From: Acidimicrobiia bacterium | GTDB taxonomy: Bacteria; Actinomycetota; Acidimicrobiia; Spongiisociales; UBA11373 | DNA length: 64,000 bases | Direction: 5' to 3' | NCBI GenBank assembly: GCA_016215655.1 | Contig: JACRIT010000077.1 | Coordinates: forward strand, 6,928-70,927 | Part shown: positions 37,955 to 47,514 of the stretch, one piece after another | Layout of the letters: each line of letters opens with the position of its first letter | Numbering within the stretch: the stretch's first letter is position 1 | Position numbers and translations under genes: made by a program | Notes under the pieces: generated by a model | Told to the model about the DNA's origin: nothing | Seen by the model: the letters and a program-made list of their open reading frames with translations, nothing else | Database searches by the model: none

Positions 37955-39237
37955 GTCCCGTCCTCGGCAGCGACTCCGGCCGGCGCTCCCGGCCCCTTCG
38001 TGTAATACGTCTTGGGGTCGAGCCACCCCTGGGCGCGCCGTTCGGAGAGGGATGGCATTCGTGCCGGATGCGGCCGGTTGGCCTTCTTGTCGGCGGAGAG
38101 CTTCTCGAGGAGCATCATCCCGCGCGGTTCGTCGGCGAGCGGCCGGACCTCGATGACCCCGGCGTGCAGCGCGGCCTCGAACGCCTCGTGGCCCCGTTCG
38201 GTCCGCACCAGGGTGAAGGTCCACCCGTCGAGGCCGATGCCGCCCAGTCCGATGTCGGCATGTTCGGCGCCGTAGTCCACGCAGTAGAGGCAGGCCGGGC
38301 GAGCGAACTCGCGATAGCGCTTCAGCGACGTGGTGCGCACCTCACCATCGTCGAGGCGGACCACCACCTTCCCCTTGATGTTGATGTTGGCGATCCGGCC
38401 ACGCTCGACCCCGAGCATCTCTCCGAGCCGGTCGAGGCTCTCATGGGTGAACGCTTCGGAGCAGAACAGCCCGAGCACGAGGGTGACATTGCTGCGGTAC
38501 CAGTCGGCCATCTCCAGCCGGATCGAGGAGTGCTGCTGCAGTCTCATCCCGTCCACCTGGCAGGGCACCCCCACCACGGCGAGCGGCGCGACCTTGGAGC
38601 GCATGGCCTCCTGGAGGGCGAGGGTGTTCGGCGAGTAGGTGTAGCGCGAACCGGCACACGCCAGGACCGCATGTCGATCCCTGGCAAGGCGAGGGCGGCC
38701 GATCTGCGAGTCGTCGGGCATCACGTCGCCGAGCACCGCTCCGGCGATGCGGCCCGTCTCCAGGGCGTGGATGAGGAGCGCCGAGGCCACCCCGCCGTCC
38801 TGGGCCCGGTCTCGTATCGCAGGGTCGGTGGCCCGGGCATACCATCCGTAGGCGTACGCACCGAAGCCGCGGTCTTCGGCCGGGTCGCGGTACCCAAGGA
38901 GATCGTCGAGGTCACGATCGGCGGGACGCAACACCGGGCACACATCGGCACACAGGACACACAGCACGCAGGCGTCGGCCCGAGTGGGGATGGGGGCCTC
39001 GTCCGCGTACTCGAACACGTCCACGGGACACACCGTGACGCAGGAGGCACAGCCCACGCACCGGCCGGCCGCCACCACCCGATCCATGAGGAAGTCCACG
39101 GCGCGGAATCCCCCACGATTCAGCTCGGTACGCCAGGCGTAAGCCCACTCATGAGGGTCGCCGCCCGAATCGAGCATGGCCTCGTATCGTGCGGAGACGC
39201 GCATCGTCACCGGATCGCGTTTCAGCGGCGGTGTCAT
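37951..39237 (-). CDS. FrhB/FpoF-like coenzyme F420-binding subunit with N-terminal 2x[4Fe-4S] ferredoxin domain
   Basis: CVGCASCVTVCP and CVLCVLCADVCP. FrhB motifs QDGGVASALL, GSRY, VGVPCQ, GLFCSE, CLYC.D...ADIG.G. Confidence 0.85.
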   Translation of the reverse strand: MTPPLKRDPVTMRVSARYEAMLDSGGDPHEWAYAWRTELNRGGFRAVDFLMDRVVAAGRCVGCASCVTVCPVDVFEYADEAPIPTRADACVLCVLCADVCPVLRPADRDLDDLLGYRDPAEDRGFGAYAYGWYARATDPAIRDRAQDGGVASALLIHALETGRIAGAVLGDVMPDDSQIGRPRLARDRHAVLACAGSRYTYSPNTLALQEAMRSKVAPLAVVGVPCQVDGMRLQQHSSIRLEMADWYRSNVTLVLGLFCSEAFTHESLDRLGEMLGVERGRIANINIKGKVVVRLDDGEVRTTSLKRYREFARPACLYCVDYGAEHADIGLGGIGLDGWTFTLVRTERGHEAFEAALHAGVIEVRPLADEPRGMMLLEKLSADKKANRPHPARMPSLSERRAQGWLDPKTYYTKGPGAPAGVAAEDGT

Positions 39238-39268
39238 CGGCCACCCCCTCGCGGCATCCCGGCTCCTC

Positions 39269-39556
39269 TCACACCTCGAGCACGATCGAAGCGCCCTCCG
39301 TCAGGTCGAAGGTCCCGCACCGCTCATCACCGACGTACAGGCACACGCGTTGCGGCGTCTCAGGGTGCTGATCGCGGAAGATGGCGACTCCATCGCCATT
39401 CGTGATCGCGGTGCTCCATGTCGAGGCCGCCTGCGGGTAGCTGAACCGGGCCCCGACCTCGAGTTCGGGAACCGCCATGACCTCGCCGTCGACGGCGCGG
39501 ACCTCGAAGGTGAGCAGCAGGTCGTTCACGAAGCCATTGAACCGACGGGAAGGCAC
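39269..39556 (-). CDS. small hypothetical protein (beta-rich)
   Basis: 95-aa ORF with protein-like composition, 31 bp upstream of the FrhB-like gene on the same strand. Start uncertain. Confidence 0.5.
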   Translation of the reverse strand: MPSRRFNGFVNDLLLTFEVRAVDGEVMAVPELEVGARFSYPQAASTWSTAITNGDGVAIFRDQHPETPQRVCLYVGDERCGTFDLTEGASIVLEV

Positions 39557-39584
39557 GAGGGACGGAGGCGAAAGTCACAAAAGA

Positions 39585-39712
39585 AGTCACCAGTCACCGG
39601 TCACCAGCCGGAACGAGGAACCCTCGGGCGGCGGGTATGGGAATCGGGACAGACCCCCGCATCGGGTGCCGGGCATCATGCATCTTCTGCATCGGGCAAC
39701 GGGCAACGGGTA
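39585..39712. repeat. heptamer repeats (RGTCACC) x3 at 39585-39605 and (CGGGCAA) x2-3 at 39693-39712
   Basis: Direct reading of the intergenic sequence. Confidence 0.55.
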
Positions 39713-39748
39713 CCCTTCCCCCTTCCCGCCCGTCCCGAGGAGTAGCAG

Positions 39749-41035
39749 ATGGCTCTGGCGTACCTGTCCGGCTTCGGCAATCACCATGCTTCCGAGGCGG
39801 TGGCGGGAGCGTTGCCCGTGGGGCAGAACAACCCGCAGCAGCCCCCGCTGGGGCTCTACACCGAGCAGCTGAGCGGGACCGCCTTCACCGCGCCGAAGGG
39901 CCAGAACCGGCGCACCTGGTTGTACCGCATCCGTCCCTCGGTGCTCCACGTCCACGATCTCCGTGAAGTGGATGCGGGACTGATCCGCACCGCGCCCTGC
40001 CGGGAGTCGGAGCCGCCGATCGGCCAGCTGCGCTGGGATCCCATCCCGGCCGAGGCCGGGCTCACCTGGCTCACCGGCCTGCGCACCATCGCCACCAATG
40101 GCGACGCCCATGGCCAGTTCGGGATGGCCGCCCACATCTACCTCGCCGACACCTCGATGACCGACACCTACTGCTACGACGCCGACGGCGAGCTGCTGGT
40201 GGTACCCCAGCAAGGGCGGCTGCGGATGGTCACCGAGTGCGGCATCCTCGAGGTGGCACCCGGGGAGATCTGCGTGATCCCGCGGGGGATGAAGTTCCGC
40301 GTCGAGCTGCTCGACAAGACCGCCCGCGGGTACGTCTGCGAGAACTACGGTGCCTACTTCACCCTTCCCGAGCGGGGGCCGATCGGTGCCAACGGCATGG
40401 CGAACGAGCGGGACTTCCTCGCCCCCACCGCCGCCTTCGAGGAGACCGAGGACGCCTGCACGCTCTTCGTGAAGTTCGACGGCCGCCTCTTCGCCGCCGA
40501 CCTCGACCACTCCCCGCTCGATGTCGTCGGCTGGCACGGCAACCACGTCCCGTACAAGTACGACCTCGCCCGATTCAACACGATCGGGTCGATCTCGTTC
40601 GACCATCCCGATCCGTCCATCTTCACCGTGCTCACCGCACCCTCGGACCGACCCGGGACCGCCAACGTCGACTTTGTGATCTTCCCCGACCGCTGGCTGG
40701 TGGCGGAGCACACCTTCCGCCCTCCCTACTACCACATGAACATCATGAGCGAGTTCATGGGGCTGATCCACGGCGTCTACGACGCCAAGCTCGAGGGGTT
40801 CGACGCGGGCGGGTTCAGCCTCCACAACGCCTACTGGCCGCACGGGCCTGACAACGACGCCTGGCAGGCGGCGACCACCCACGATCTCACCCCGCAGAAG
40901 CTGGCGGGGACCCTGGCCTTCATGTTCGAGACCCGCTACCCGCTCATCCCCACCGGGTACGCCGCCACCTTGCCCGCCCTGCAGGAGGACTACCAGGAGG
41001 TCTGGTCGAGCTTGCGCCGCCACTTCCGCCGGTGA
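39749..41035 (+). CDS. hmgA: homogentisate 1,2-dioxygenase
   Basis: [74 protein letters not shown]. Confidence 0.96.
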   Translation: MALAYLSGFGNHHASEAVAGALPVGQNNPQQPPLGLYTEQLSGTAFTAPKGQNRRTWLYRIRPSVLHVHDLREVDAGLIRTAPCRESEPPIGQLRWDPIPAEAGLTWLTGLRTIATNGDAHGQFGMAAHIYLADTSMTDTYCYDADGELLVVPQQGRLRMVTECGILEVAPGEICVIPRGMKFRVELLDKTARGYVCENYGAYFTLPERGPIGANGMANERDFLAPTAAFEETEDACTLFVKFDGRLFAADLDHSPLDVVGWHGNHVPYKYDLARFNTIGSISFDHPDPSIFTVLTAPSDRPGTANVDFVIFPDRWLVAEHTFRPPYYHMNIMSEFMGLIHGVYDAKLEGFDAGGFSLHNAYWPHGPDNDAWQAATTHDLTPQKLAGTLAFMFETRYPLIPTGYAATLPALQEDYQEVWSSLRRHFRR

Positions 41036-41163
41036 CAAACCGACGCTGCCACCGCGGGCGACTCGCCGAGGGTTCGACATCATCGGGAACGGGGGGCAGC
41101 CCGTGACCCATCCCGTCGCCTTGCCTACTGCCTGCTGAAGGCTGACGGCCCCACGACTGAGCC

Positions 41164-41946
41164 TCACACCCCCGGTATCGGCAACAGGGCACCTTGGGGC
41201 ATCTGCCGCTCCACCCCGGTCACCTGCACGATCCCCAGTTCGTCGGGGATCACCGTCGAGTTGTCGCAGCCGCCGGCTTCGCGGGACTGATAGTTGACCC
41301 GCACCCGGGCCGGGCGAATCACGGCGCCGCCACCGTCGACGGCACGCAGATCCGACCACCGTGCCGCCACACCGGGCTGCTCACAGCGGGCGAACGCCTC
41401 GGTCCACACCACCGGGGCGGCCAGGAAGGCGCCCTCGGTGTGCAGATCTCGCACCACGGTCTCCCTGCCCGACTCGAGATCCGTGATCGTGCCCCTCCAG
41501 GCGTGCACCTCGGCGGATGCCTCCGGAGAGGGTGCCACCCGCAGCCGGTAGCGGCGACCCGGCTGCCAATCGAAGTCGCGGGTGTTCGGGTCGTTGCGGG
41601 CACTCGGCAGCGGCGAGGTCGAACCCTTGAGCAACCCGCCGATCTCGGCGGGGGCGTAGCCGCCCCAGTTGGCCGCGGTGAGCCCGGGAAAGCGCGGATT
41701 CCACTGCAGGCCGATGTGTGCCCCGCCGCGCAGGCTGCGATCCGTGGCGAAGCTCACCTGGAGGGCCCAGAAGAAGAGCCGCCGGACCACGGGCGGTTGC
41801 AGGATCTCGAGCACGGCCGAGACCTCGATGAGGGGCACCTGGGGAATCTCCCAGGCCAGGTGGAGCGATGAGGCCCCATTGGCGCTCGTGGGCTGGCCGA
41901 CCGTCCGCTCCCGCAGCCCCGACGCCTGGCGCATCCGCCGCCACAT
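41164..41946 (-). CDS. hypothetical protein
   Basis: Trp/Gly-rich globular ORF (SSLHLAW, FFWALQVSF, GGAHIGLQW, NWGGY) directly downstream of the SLT gene. Confidence 0.65.
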   Translation of the reverse strand: MWRRMRQASGLRERTVGQPTSANGASSLHLAWEIPQVPLIEVSAVLEILQPPVVRRLFFWALQVSFATDRSLRGGAHIGLQWNPRFPGLTAANWGGYAPAEIGGLLKGSTSPLPSARNDPNTRDFDWQPGRRYRLRVAPSPEASAEVHAWRGTITDLESGRETVVRDLHTEGAFLAAPVVWTEAFARCEQPGVAARWSDLRAVDGGGAVIRPARVRVNYQSREAGGCDNSTVIPDELGIVQVTGVERQMPQGALLPIPGV

Positions 41947-41951
41947 GGCGA

Positions 41952-43238
41952 TCACGGTGCGGTCTGCTGGGTCGCCCAGGGATGGACCCACGCCGAGTCG
42001 AAGACACCCACTCGCGGACCGCAGGTCCAGTGGCCCCACGGGTTCGGCCCCTTGCCCCAGGCCGAGTAGCCGTATCCGGAGGTGGCGAAGCGCTCCCAGT
42101 TGAACTCGGGCCACTGCACTCCGCCCACCGACCCTCCCCCGCGGTTGCCGAGCAGCGTCTCGCGGGACTCCCACACCAGCATGGCGGCGACGATGGTGTT
42201 GTACTCGGGGTTCCAGATGCTGGCGTCGGCGGGGATGCTCGATTTGTCCGAGTGGTAGGTCCTCACCCGATTCACCCGCTCCTGCCAGTAGTACGGCATG
42301 TTCTGGAACAGACCGGCGGCACCCGAACGCGGGTTCTCGGCAAAGGGGATGCCGCTGCTCTCGCACCTCATCACCTTCAACGCGTTGTCCACCTGTCCGG
42401 GCACGCAGAACTCGATCCCGTTGCGCGTGGCGCACTTCGTTTCGGTGAGACCCCAGTCCGCAAACACCTCGGTGACGATCGGACGCCACTGCTCGACCCC
42501 GGCGCCGGGGACGTACCCGTAGTCCGGCCGCGTCGTCGTGGTGGTCGCCGCGGCCGTGGTGGTGGAGGCGATCTGTGCGGCGAGTGCGGCCTCCTGACGA
42601 CGCAACTCCGCTTCCTCCGCGGCGATGCGAGCCGCTTCCTGCCGGTCCCAGGCCTCCTGCACCTCGTCGAGGGCGGCGAGCGCCGAGTCGAGCTCGGCCG
42701 TCCGTTGCGCCTCGACCGCGGTGAGCTCGCCGATCCTCGCCTCGGTGAGCAGCTGCTGCTCCGCGGCGGAGATTCGCAGCAGGTCGAGTTCGGCAGCCGA
42801 CAGCACGAAGCGGTTGACCGCCGATCGATCGTCCTCGGTGACCGCGGCCAGGTAGGCGACACGGGTGGAGAAGCTCGTCACGTCGCCCACGACCACGGCG
42901 ACGCCGCGTGCGCCCGCCGACATGTACATCGTGGCGATGCGGCTGCGCAGAGTCGTCTCACGCACCACCGCAGAGGCCTGGTCGGAGCGCCGCCGCTCCT
43001 CGAGCCGGACGATGGTGTCGGCCAGGCGGGAGCGGCTCTCGAGGGCTTCTTGGAGGGCCGACCGTGCCGTGGCCAGATTCTGCGCGGCGGCGGCTACCGC
43101 TTCTTCGGCGGCGGCGAGATCGGAGCGGGTCACCGAGCCGAAGGCCACCGCCCCGCCGAATACCGCCACCGCCGACAGGACGACGGCGGGCAGCCACGGG
43201 AGGAGGCGCCGCAGGACCGTCGGCGCACCGGAGTTCAT
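41952..43238 (-). CDS. secreted coiled-coil protein with C-terminal lytic transglycosylase (SLT)-like domain
   Basis: N-terminal hydrophobic signal, Ala/Glu coiled coil, Thr-rich linker, VMRCESSG...SGAAGLFQ...NPEYN SLT motifs. Confidence 0.75.
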   Translation of the reverse strand: MNSGAPTVLRRLLPWLPAVVLSAVAVFGGAVAFGSVTRSDLAAAEEAVAAAAQNLATARSALQEALESRSRLADTIVRLEERRRSDQASAVVRETTLRSRIATMYMSAGARGVAVVVGDVTSFSTRVAYLAAVTEDDRSAVNRFVLSAAELDLLRISAAEQQLLTEARIGELTAVEAQRTAELDSALAALDEVQEAWDRQEAARIAAEEAELRRQEAALAAQIASTTTAAATTTTTRPDYGYVPGAGVEQWRPIVTEVFADWGLTETKCATRNGIEFCVPGQVDNALKVMRCESSGIPFAENPRSGAAGLFQNMPYYWQERVNRVRTYHSDKSSIPADASIWNPEYNTIVAAMLVWESRETLLGNRGGGSVGGVQWPEFNWERFATSGYGYSAWGKGPNPWGHWTCGPRVGVFDSAWVHPWATQQTAP

Positions 43239-43313
43239 TGCGGGGATGATATTGGAGCCCGGGAGTCATGGGTGGGGCCCTAGAGGTGCCCCGGCAGGTA
43301 GCGTCACCCCGAA

Positions 43314-43724
43314 ATGAGCGAGTGCGCCTTTTGCGAGGTCGCCGCCGGAAAACGACCGGCCGCCATCGTCCTGGAAACCGAGGCGATAGTGGCCTTTCTC
43401 GACCATGCCCCGCTGTTCCCGGGCCACACGCTGCTCGTCCCTCGCATGCACACGCACACCGTCGAGGACCTCACGCCCGACGCAGCCGGGCCGTTCTGGG
43501 CGACGATCGGCCGCGTCGCTCGAGCGGTGCGCCTCGGAACCGGTGCCCAGGGCACCTTCGTGGCGATCAACAACGGCGTCAGTCAGTCGGTACCCCATCT
43601 CCACGCCCACATCGTGCCCCGCACCCGTGGCGACGGGTTGCGGGGGTTCTTCTGGCCGCGAACCCGATACGAGGACGACCGCCACCGCGAGGCGGTCCGC
43701 GCCGCCATCTCCGCAGCGATGTGA
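43314..43724 (+). CDS. HIT family protein
   Basis: CAFC, AFLD..PL..GHTL.VP, QSVPHLHAHIVPR histidine triad. Confidence 0.92.
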   Translation: MSECAFCEVAAGKRPAAIVLETEAIVAFLDHAPLFPGHTLLVPRMHTHTVEDLTPDAAGPFWATIGRVARAVRLGTGAQGTFVAINNGVSQSVPHLHAHIVPRTRGDGLRGFFWPRTRYEDDRHREAVRAAISAAM

Positions 43725-43743
43725 TCCCCCTGCATGATCATCT

Positions 43744-43983
43744 GAGGAGCCGCGGGCCGGTGACCTCACCATCCACGGAACGACGGAGGGGGTCACGATC
43801 GACCTCGAGGTTCGACTCGTGGACGGTCGGATCGTCGTCGTCGGTTCGGCTCCCATCCTCTTCGCCAACTGAGCCATCGATCAGCCCGAGGCGATCGTGG
43901 TGCTCGCCGTCGATGACGACGGGATCGTGGAATCCCAGCTCGTCTTCACCCGCGGCCGGGGAGCGAGCACGACGGCGGGTTAG
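43744..43983 (+). pseudogene. YceI family C-terminal fragment with internal stop
   Basis: Manual translation: AGDLTIHGTTEGVTIDLEVRLVDGRIVVVGSAPILFAN*AIDQPEAIVVLAVDDDGIVESQLVFT. GDLTIHG.T is the YceI signature. TGA at 43870-43872; no start codon or N-terminal half. Confidence 0.7.
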
Positions 43984-44882
43984 GTGTCGACCGGGACCTG
44001 GCTGCGCCGCATCTGGGCGAGGCCGACCAGCGCCACCCCGAGGAGGATGATGGGGAGCCCGGCATAGGTCCACCCCCCGACCACCTCGTCTCCGAACGAA
44101 ACACCGAGCACCACCGCCACCACCGGGTTCACGTAGGCGTAGGAGGTGGCCACCGCCGGGCGAGTGTGTGCCAGCAGGTAGGCATACGCGGTATAGGCGA
44201 CCAGCGATCCGAACACCGCCAGGTAGGCCAGCGCCAGCCAGGCTCTCACCCCTGGGGTGCCGACGATGCGCTCACCGCGCACCATGCCCACGATCGTCAG
44301 CGAAACGCCGCCGCCGAGCATCTGCGCCGCCGAACCCATGAGGCCCTTGGGATGGCGCAGGCGCGAGGTGATCACCGAGCCGAACGCCCACATCAGCGGT
44401 GAGAGCACCATGAGCACCGTGCCGAGGGGGGATCCCTGGAAGTCGCCTTCCCGGCTCAACATCGCCACCCCGGCAAGGCCGACGGCGAGCCCGATCCACT
44501 CCAGGCGAGTCGGCCATCGCCCGAACAGCCCACTCCACAGGGCAGCCCACAGCGGCATGACCGCAACCGCGGAGGCCACCAAACCCGAGCCGACCCCGTT
44601 GTCCTCGGCCATCGTCACGAATCCGAGACCGCCGATGAACAGGATCGTGCCGGTGAGGAGGGCATTGCGCCATTCGATCCGCGCCGGGGCCGCACTCCCC
44701 CGCCATCGTGCGATCAGATAGAGCGCAGTGCCGGCAACGACCAGTCGGATCCCACCCATGAGGAACGGGGGGAAGCCCTCGAGGCCATACCGCAACGCGA
44801 GGTAGGTCGATCCCCACACGACATAGACCGTCACCAGGGAGAAGGCGACGAGCGATCGGTGCGGCATGGCGGTGTCGTGCAT
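43980..44882 (-). CDS. EamA/DMT drug-metabolite exporter (YedA-like)
   Basis: VYVVWGSTYLA, PPFLM.G.R, YLAVFGS.VAY.AY, SYAYVNPVVAV.LG. Confidence 0.9.
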   Translation of the reverse strand: MHDTAMPHRSLVAFSLVTVYVVWGSTYLALRYGLEGFPPFLMGGIRLVVAGTALYLIARWRGSAAPARIEWRNALLTGTILFIGGLGFVTMAEDNGVGSGLVASAVAVMPLWAALWSGLFGRWPTRLEWIGLAVGLAGVAMLSREGDFQGSPLGTVLMVLSPLMWAFGSVITSRLRHPKGLMGSAAQMLGGGVSLTIVGMVRGERIVGTPGVRAWLALAYLAVFGSLVAYTAYAYLLAHTRPAVATSYAYVNPVVAVVLGVSFGDEVVGGWTYAGLPIILLGVALVGLAQMRRSQVPVDT

Positions 44883-44908
44883 CGGAATGTTGAACCCCGG
44901 CGGAGGAG

Positions 44909-44941
44909 GAATTGTTGCATCCCCTTGGGATGCAACAATTC
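44909..44941. promoter_or_regulatory. 15-bp perfect inverted repeat (operator or terminator)
   Basis: GAATTGTTGCATCCC-ctt-GGGATGCAACAATTC between the gabD stop and the YedA-like start. Confidence 0.55.
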
Positions 44942-44945
44942 GGTG

Positions 44946-46400
44946 CTACCAGTTGGTGCCGATGTACTTGGGTTCGAGGAACTCGTGGATGCCGTGGTGC
45001 GAACCCTCCCGCCCCAGACCGGATTCCTTGACCCCGCCGAACGGCGCCGAGGGATCCGAGATCAGGCCGCGGTTGAGCCCCACCATCCCGGTGTCGAGGC
45101 GCTCCGCCACCTTGAGTCCGGCCCGCTCGTCGCGGGTGTACAGGTATGCCACCAGCCCGGTGTCCGTGTCGTTGGCCTGGGCAATGGCATCGTCGAGGTC
45201 GTCGACACGCACGATCGGGGCCACCGGCCCGAAGATCTCGGTGGTGAGGATGCCGGCATCCCGGGCCACGTCCTTGATGACGGTGGGCAGATAGAAGTAG
45301 CCCCTTCCCTTGGGGGCCGTGCCGCCCGTGAGCACCGTCCCTCCGTCCGCGGCCTCGGCGACGAGCGCCGCCACCTTGTCGCGAGTCGGCGCATTGATGA
45401 GCGGTCCGACATCGACCCCGGGCTCCATCCCCGATCCCACCCGCAGCGAACCCATCGCCGCCGCCAAGCGATCGGCGAACTCGTCGGCCACCTCCGCCGC
45501 CACGTAGAAGCGATTCGCCGCGGTACAGGCCTCACCGGCGTTGCGCATCTTCGCCTGCATCGCCCCGGTGACGGCAGCATCGAGGTCGGCGTCGCCCAGG
45601 ACGAGAAACGGAGCATTGCCGCCGAGTTCCATCGACACATTGAGCACTCGCCTGGCGGCGAGCCCGAGCAGCGTCTTGCCCACTTCGGTGGACCCGGTGA
45701 ATGACAGCTTGCGCACCCGGGAATCCGCCACCGCGGCAGCGACCACGGGACCGGAGCGGCGCGCCGGAACCACGTTGATGACACCGGGAGGGCACCCCGC
45801 CTCGGCGAACACGTCGGCGAGCGCCAGCGCCGCCAACGGGGTGTCCGAGGCGGGCTTGAGCACGACGCTGCACCCCGCCGCCAGCGCAGGCGCGACCTTG
45901 CGGGTGCCCATGGCGATGGGGAAGTTCCACGGCGTCACCAGCAGCGACACCCCGACCGGCTGGTTCACCACGAAGATCCGCTTGTCTCCGGACGGCGAGC
46001 GATACACCTCGCCGCGGTTGCGCACCGCCTCCTCGGAGAACCAGCGGAAGAATTCGGCGCCGTAGCGCATCTCGCCAAGCGAGTCGGACAGCGCCTTGCC
46101 GTTCTCCCGGGTGATGAGCTCGGCGAGTTCGTCTTCTCGTTCGGTGAGCAGTTCGAACACCCTGCGCAGGATCTCGCCCCGCACACGGGGCGCCGCCTCG
46201 GCCCACGCCGGAAACGCATCGTGGGCGGCACCGATGGCAGAGGCCATGTCGCCCTCCGAGCCACTGGACACCTCGGCGATGGTCTCCTCGGTGGCGGGAT
46301 CGACGACCGGGAAGGTGCTGGCATCGCCGGCAGGCACCCACTCGCCGCCGATGTGCAGGCGGGTCTTGCCCGAGGCGACGAGGCGATCGAGGAGGGACAT
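44946..46400 (-). CDS. gabD: NAD(P)-dependent succinate-semialdehyde dehydrogenase
   Basis: FFRWFSEEA, TPWNFP.AM.TRK.APALAAGC, SFTGSTEVG, MELGGNAPF, KMRNAGEACTAANR, EIFGP, PFGGVKESG.GREG. Confidence 0.88.
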   Translation of the reverse strand: MSLLDRLVASGKTRLHIGGEWVPAGDASTFPVVDPATEETIAEVSSGSEGDMASAIGAAHDAFPAWAEAAPRVRGEILRRVFELLTEREDELAELITRENGKALSDSLGEMRYGAEFFRWFSEEAVRNRGEVYRSPSGDKRIFVVNQPVGVSLLVTPWNFPIAMGTRKVAPALAAGCSVVLKPASDTPLAALALADVFAEAGCPPGVINVVPARRSGPVVAAAVADSRVRKLSFTGSTEVGKTLLGLAARRVLNVSMELGGNAPFLVLGDADLDAAVTGAMQAKMRNAGEACTAANRFYVAAEVADEFADRLAAAMGSLRVGSGMEPGVDVGPLINAPTRDKVAALVAEAADGGTVLTGGTAPKGRGYFYLPTVIKDVARDAGILTTEIFGPVAPIVRVDDLDDAIAQANDTDTGLVAYLYTRDERAGLKVAERLDTGMVGLNRGLISDPSAPFGGVKESGLGREGSHHGIHEFLEPKYIGTNW

Positions 46401-46469
46401 GGAGCCAGGGACTCTAGGTCTCCATCAGTCGCCAGGCTTCGTCACCGGTGCCCAAGTCGGGCACCCGGC

Positions 46470-47423
46470 TCACCCCGTCACCCGCTCCCACGTCTCGTCT
46501 GCCACGTTGCCACCGCTGATCACGGCGACGGTCGCGACCGTGGCGTCGACCTTGCCGGCGAGGAGCGCGGCAACGCCGACCGCTCCCCCGCCTTCGACCC
46601 GGAGGCCGTGCCGGCGCCGCAGGTGACGCATCGCCGCGGCGATCTCCTCCTCGGAGACGAGCACGACATCGTCGAGAAGGTCCCGGCACATGCGCAGGGT
46701 GTGCCGATTCTCCGCGCCGAGGCCTCCGGCGAGAGCATCGGCAAGGGTGTCCTCTTCGACGACGTCGGTCAGACGGCCGGCACGGAGCGAGTCGTACATG
46801 GCAGGTCCCCGGTCCTGGCTGACGCCGATGACCTTGATGCGGGGACGCAGCGCCTTGGCGGCGAGCGCCAGACCCGAGATGAGGCCTCCCCCGGAGAGCG
46901 GCACCACGATGGTGCTGGTATCCGGAGCCGCCTCCACGATGTCACACCCCAGAGTTCCCTGTCCGGCGATGACGCGGGGGTCATCGAAGGGATGGATGAA
47001 CGTGGCACCGGTCTCCAGGCCCAGCCGGTGCGCAGCAGCCTCCGCCTCATCCTGACCCGGCCCTCCGACCACCACCCGGGCACCGAGGGCGCCGATCGCC
47101 TCGACCTTGACCGCCGGCACCCGCGCCGAGACGCACACCGTGGCGGCGATGCCGAGCGACCGGGCCACGAAGGCCACCGCCCGCCCGTGATTGCCGGAGG
47201 ACACCGCCACCACTCCGGCGGCGCGTTCGGCGGCGTCGAGCATGAGGAGGGCGTTGGCAGCGCCGCGCACCTTGAACGAACCGGTCTCCTGGAGGCTCTC
47301 CACCTTCAGCGACACGGTGCCCAACTCCGCCGCCGTGACCAGCGGAGTACTGCGGATCAGCCCGGCGATGCGCCTGCGCGCCGCGACGATGTCGGCAAAG
47401 GTCGGGGCCGCCTGCGAGATCAC
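46470..47423 (-). CDS. PLP-dependent threonine/serine dehydratase family (EutB-like)
   Basis: K.ESLQ.TGSFKVRGA, SSGNHG, HPFDD..VIAGQGT, PLSGGGL.SG, SGGN. Confidence 0.88.
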   Translation of the reverse strand: MISQAAPTFADIVAARRRIAGLIRSTPLVTAAELGTVSLKVESLQETGSFKVRGAANALLMLDAAERAAGVVAVSSGNHGRAVAFVARSLGIAATVCVSARVPAVKVEAIGALGARVVVGGPGQDEAEAAAHRLGLETGATFIHPFDDPRVIAGQGTLGCDIVEAAPDTSTIVVPLSGGGLISGLALAAKALRPRIKVIGVSQDRGPAMYDSLRAGRLTDVVEEDTLADALAGGLGAENRHTLRMCRDLLDDVVLVSEEEIAAAMRHLRRRHGLRVEGGGAVGVAALLAGKVDATVATVAVISGGNVADETWERVTG

Positions 47424-47514
47424 CCGGTCACGGTAAACGGGGATGGCGCAAAGCTGCCCCGGCAGGAAGCCCAGGAGAGGCAAGTGGCCTACGATCCCCC
47501 GTTCGAGGAGGCCC

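Noticed and set aside
41122-41137. TGCCTAC/TGCCTGC as another heptamer array
   Set aside because: Only about two imperfect units, too short to distinguish from chance.
43870-43872. In-frame TGA as selenocysteine or read-through
   Set aside because: The position does not correspond to a Cys in YceI proteins as I recall them, and the fragment lacks a start and its N-terminal half, so it is a pseudogene.
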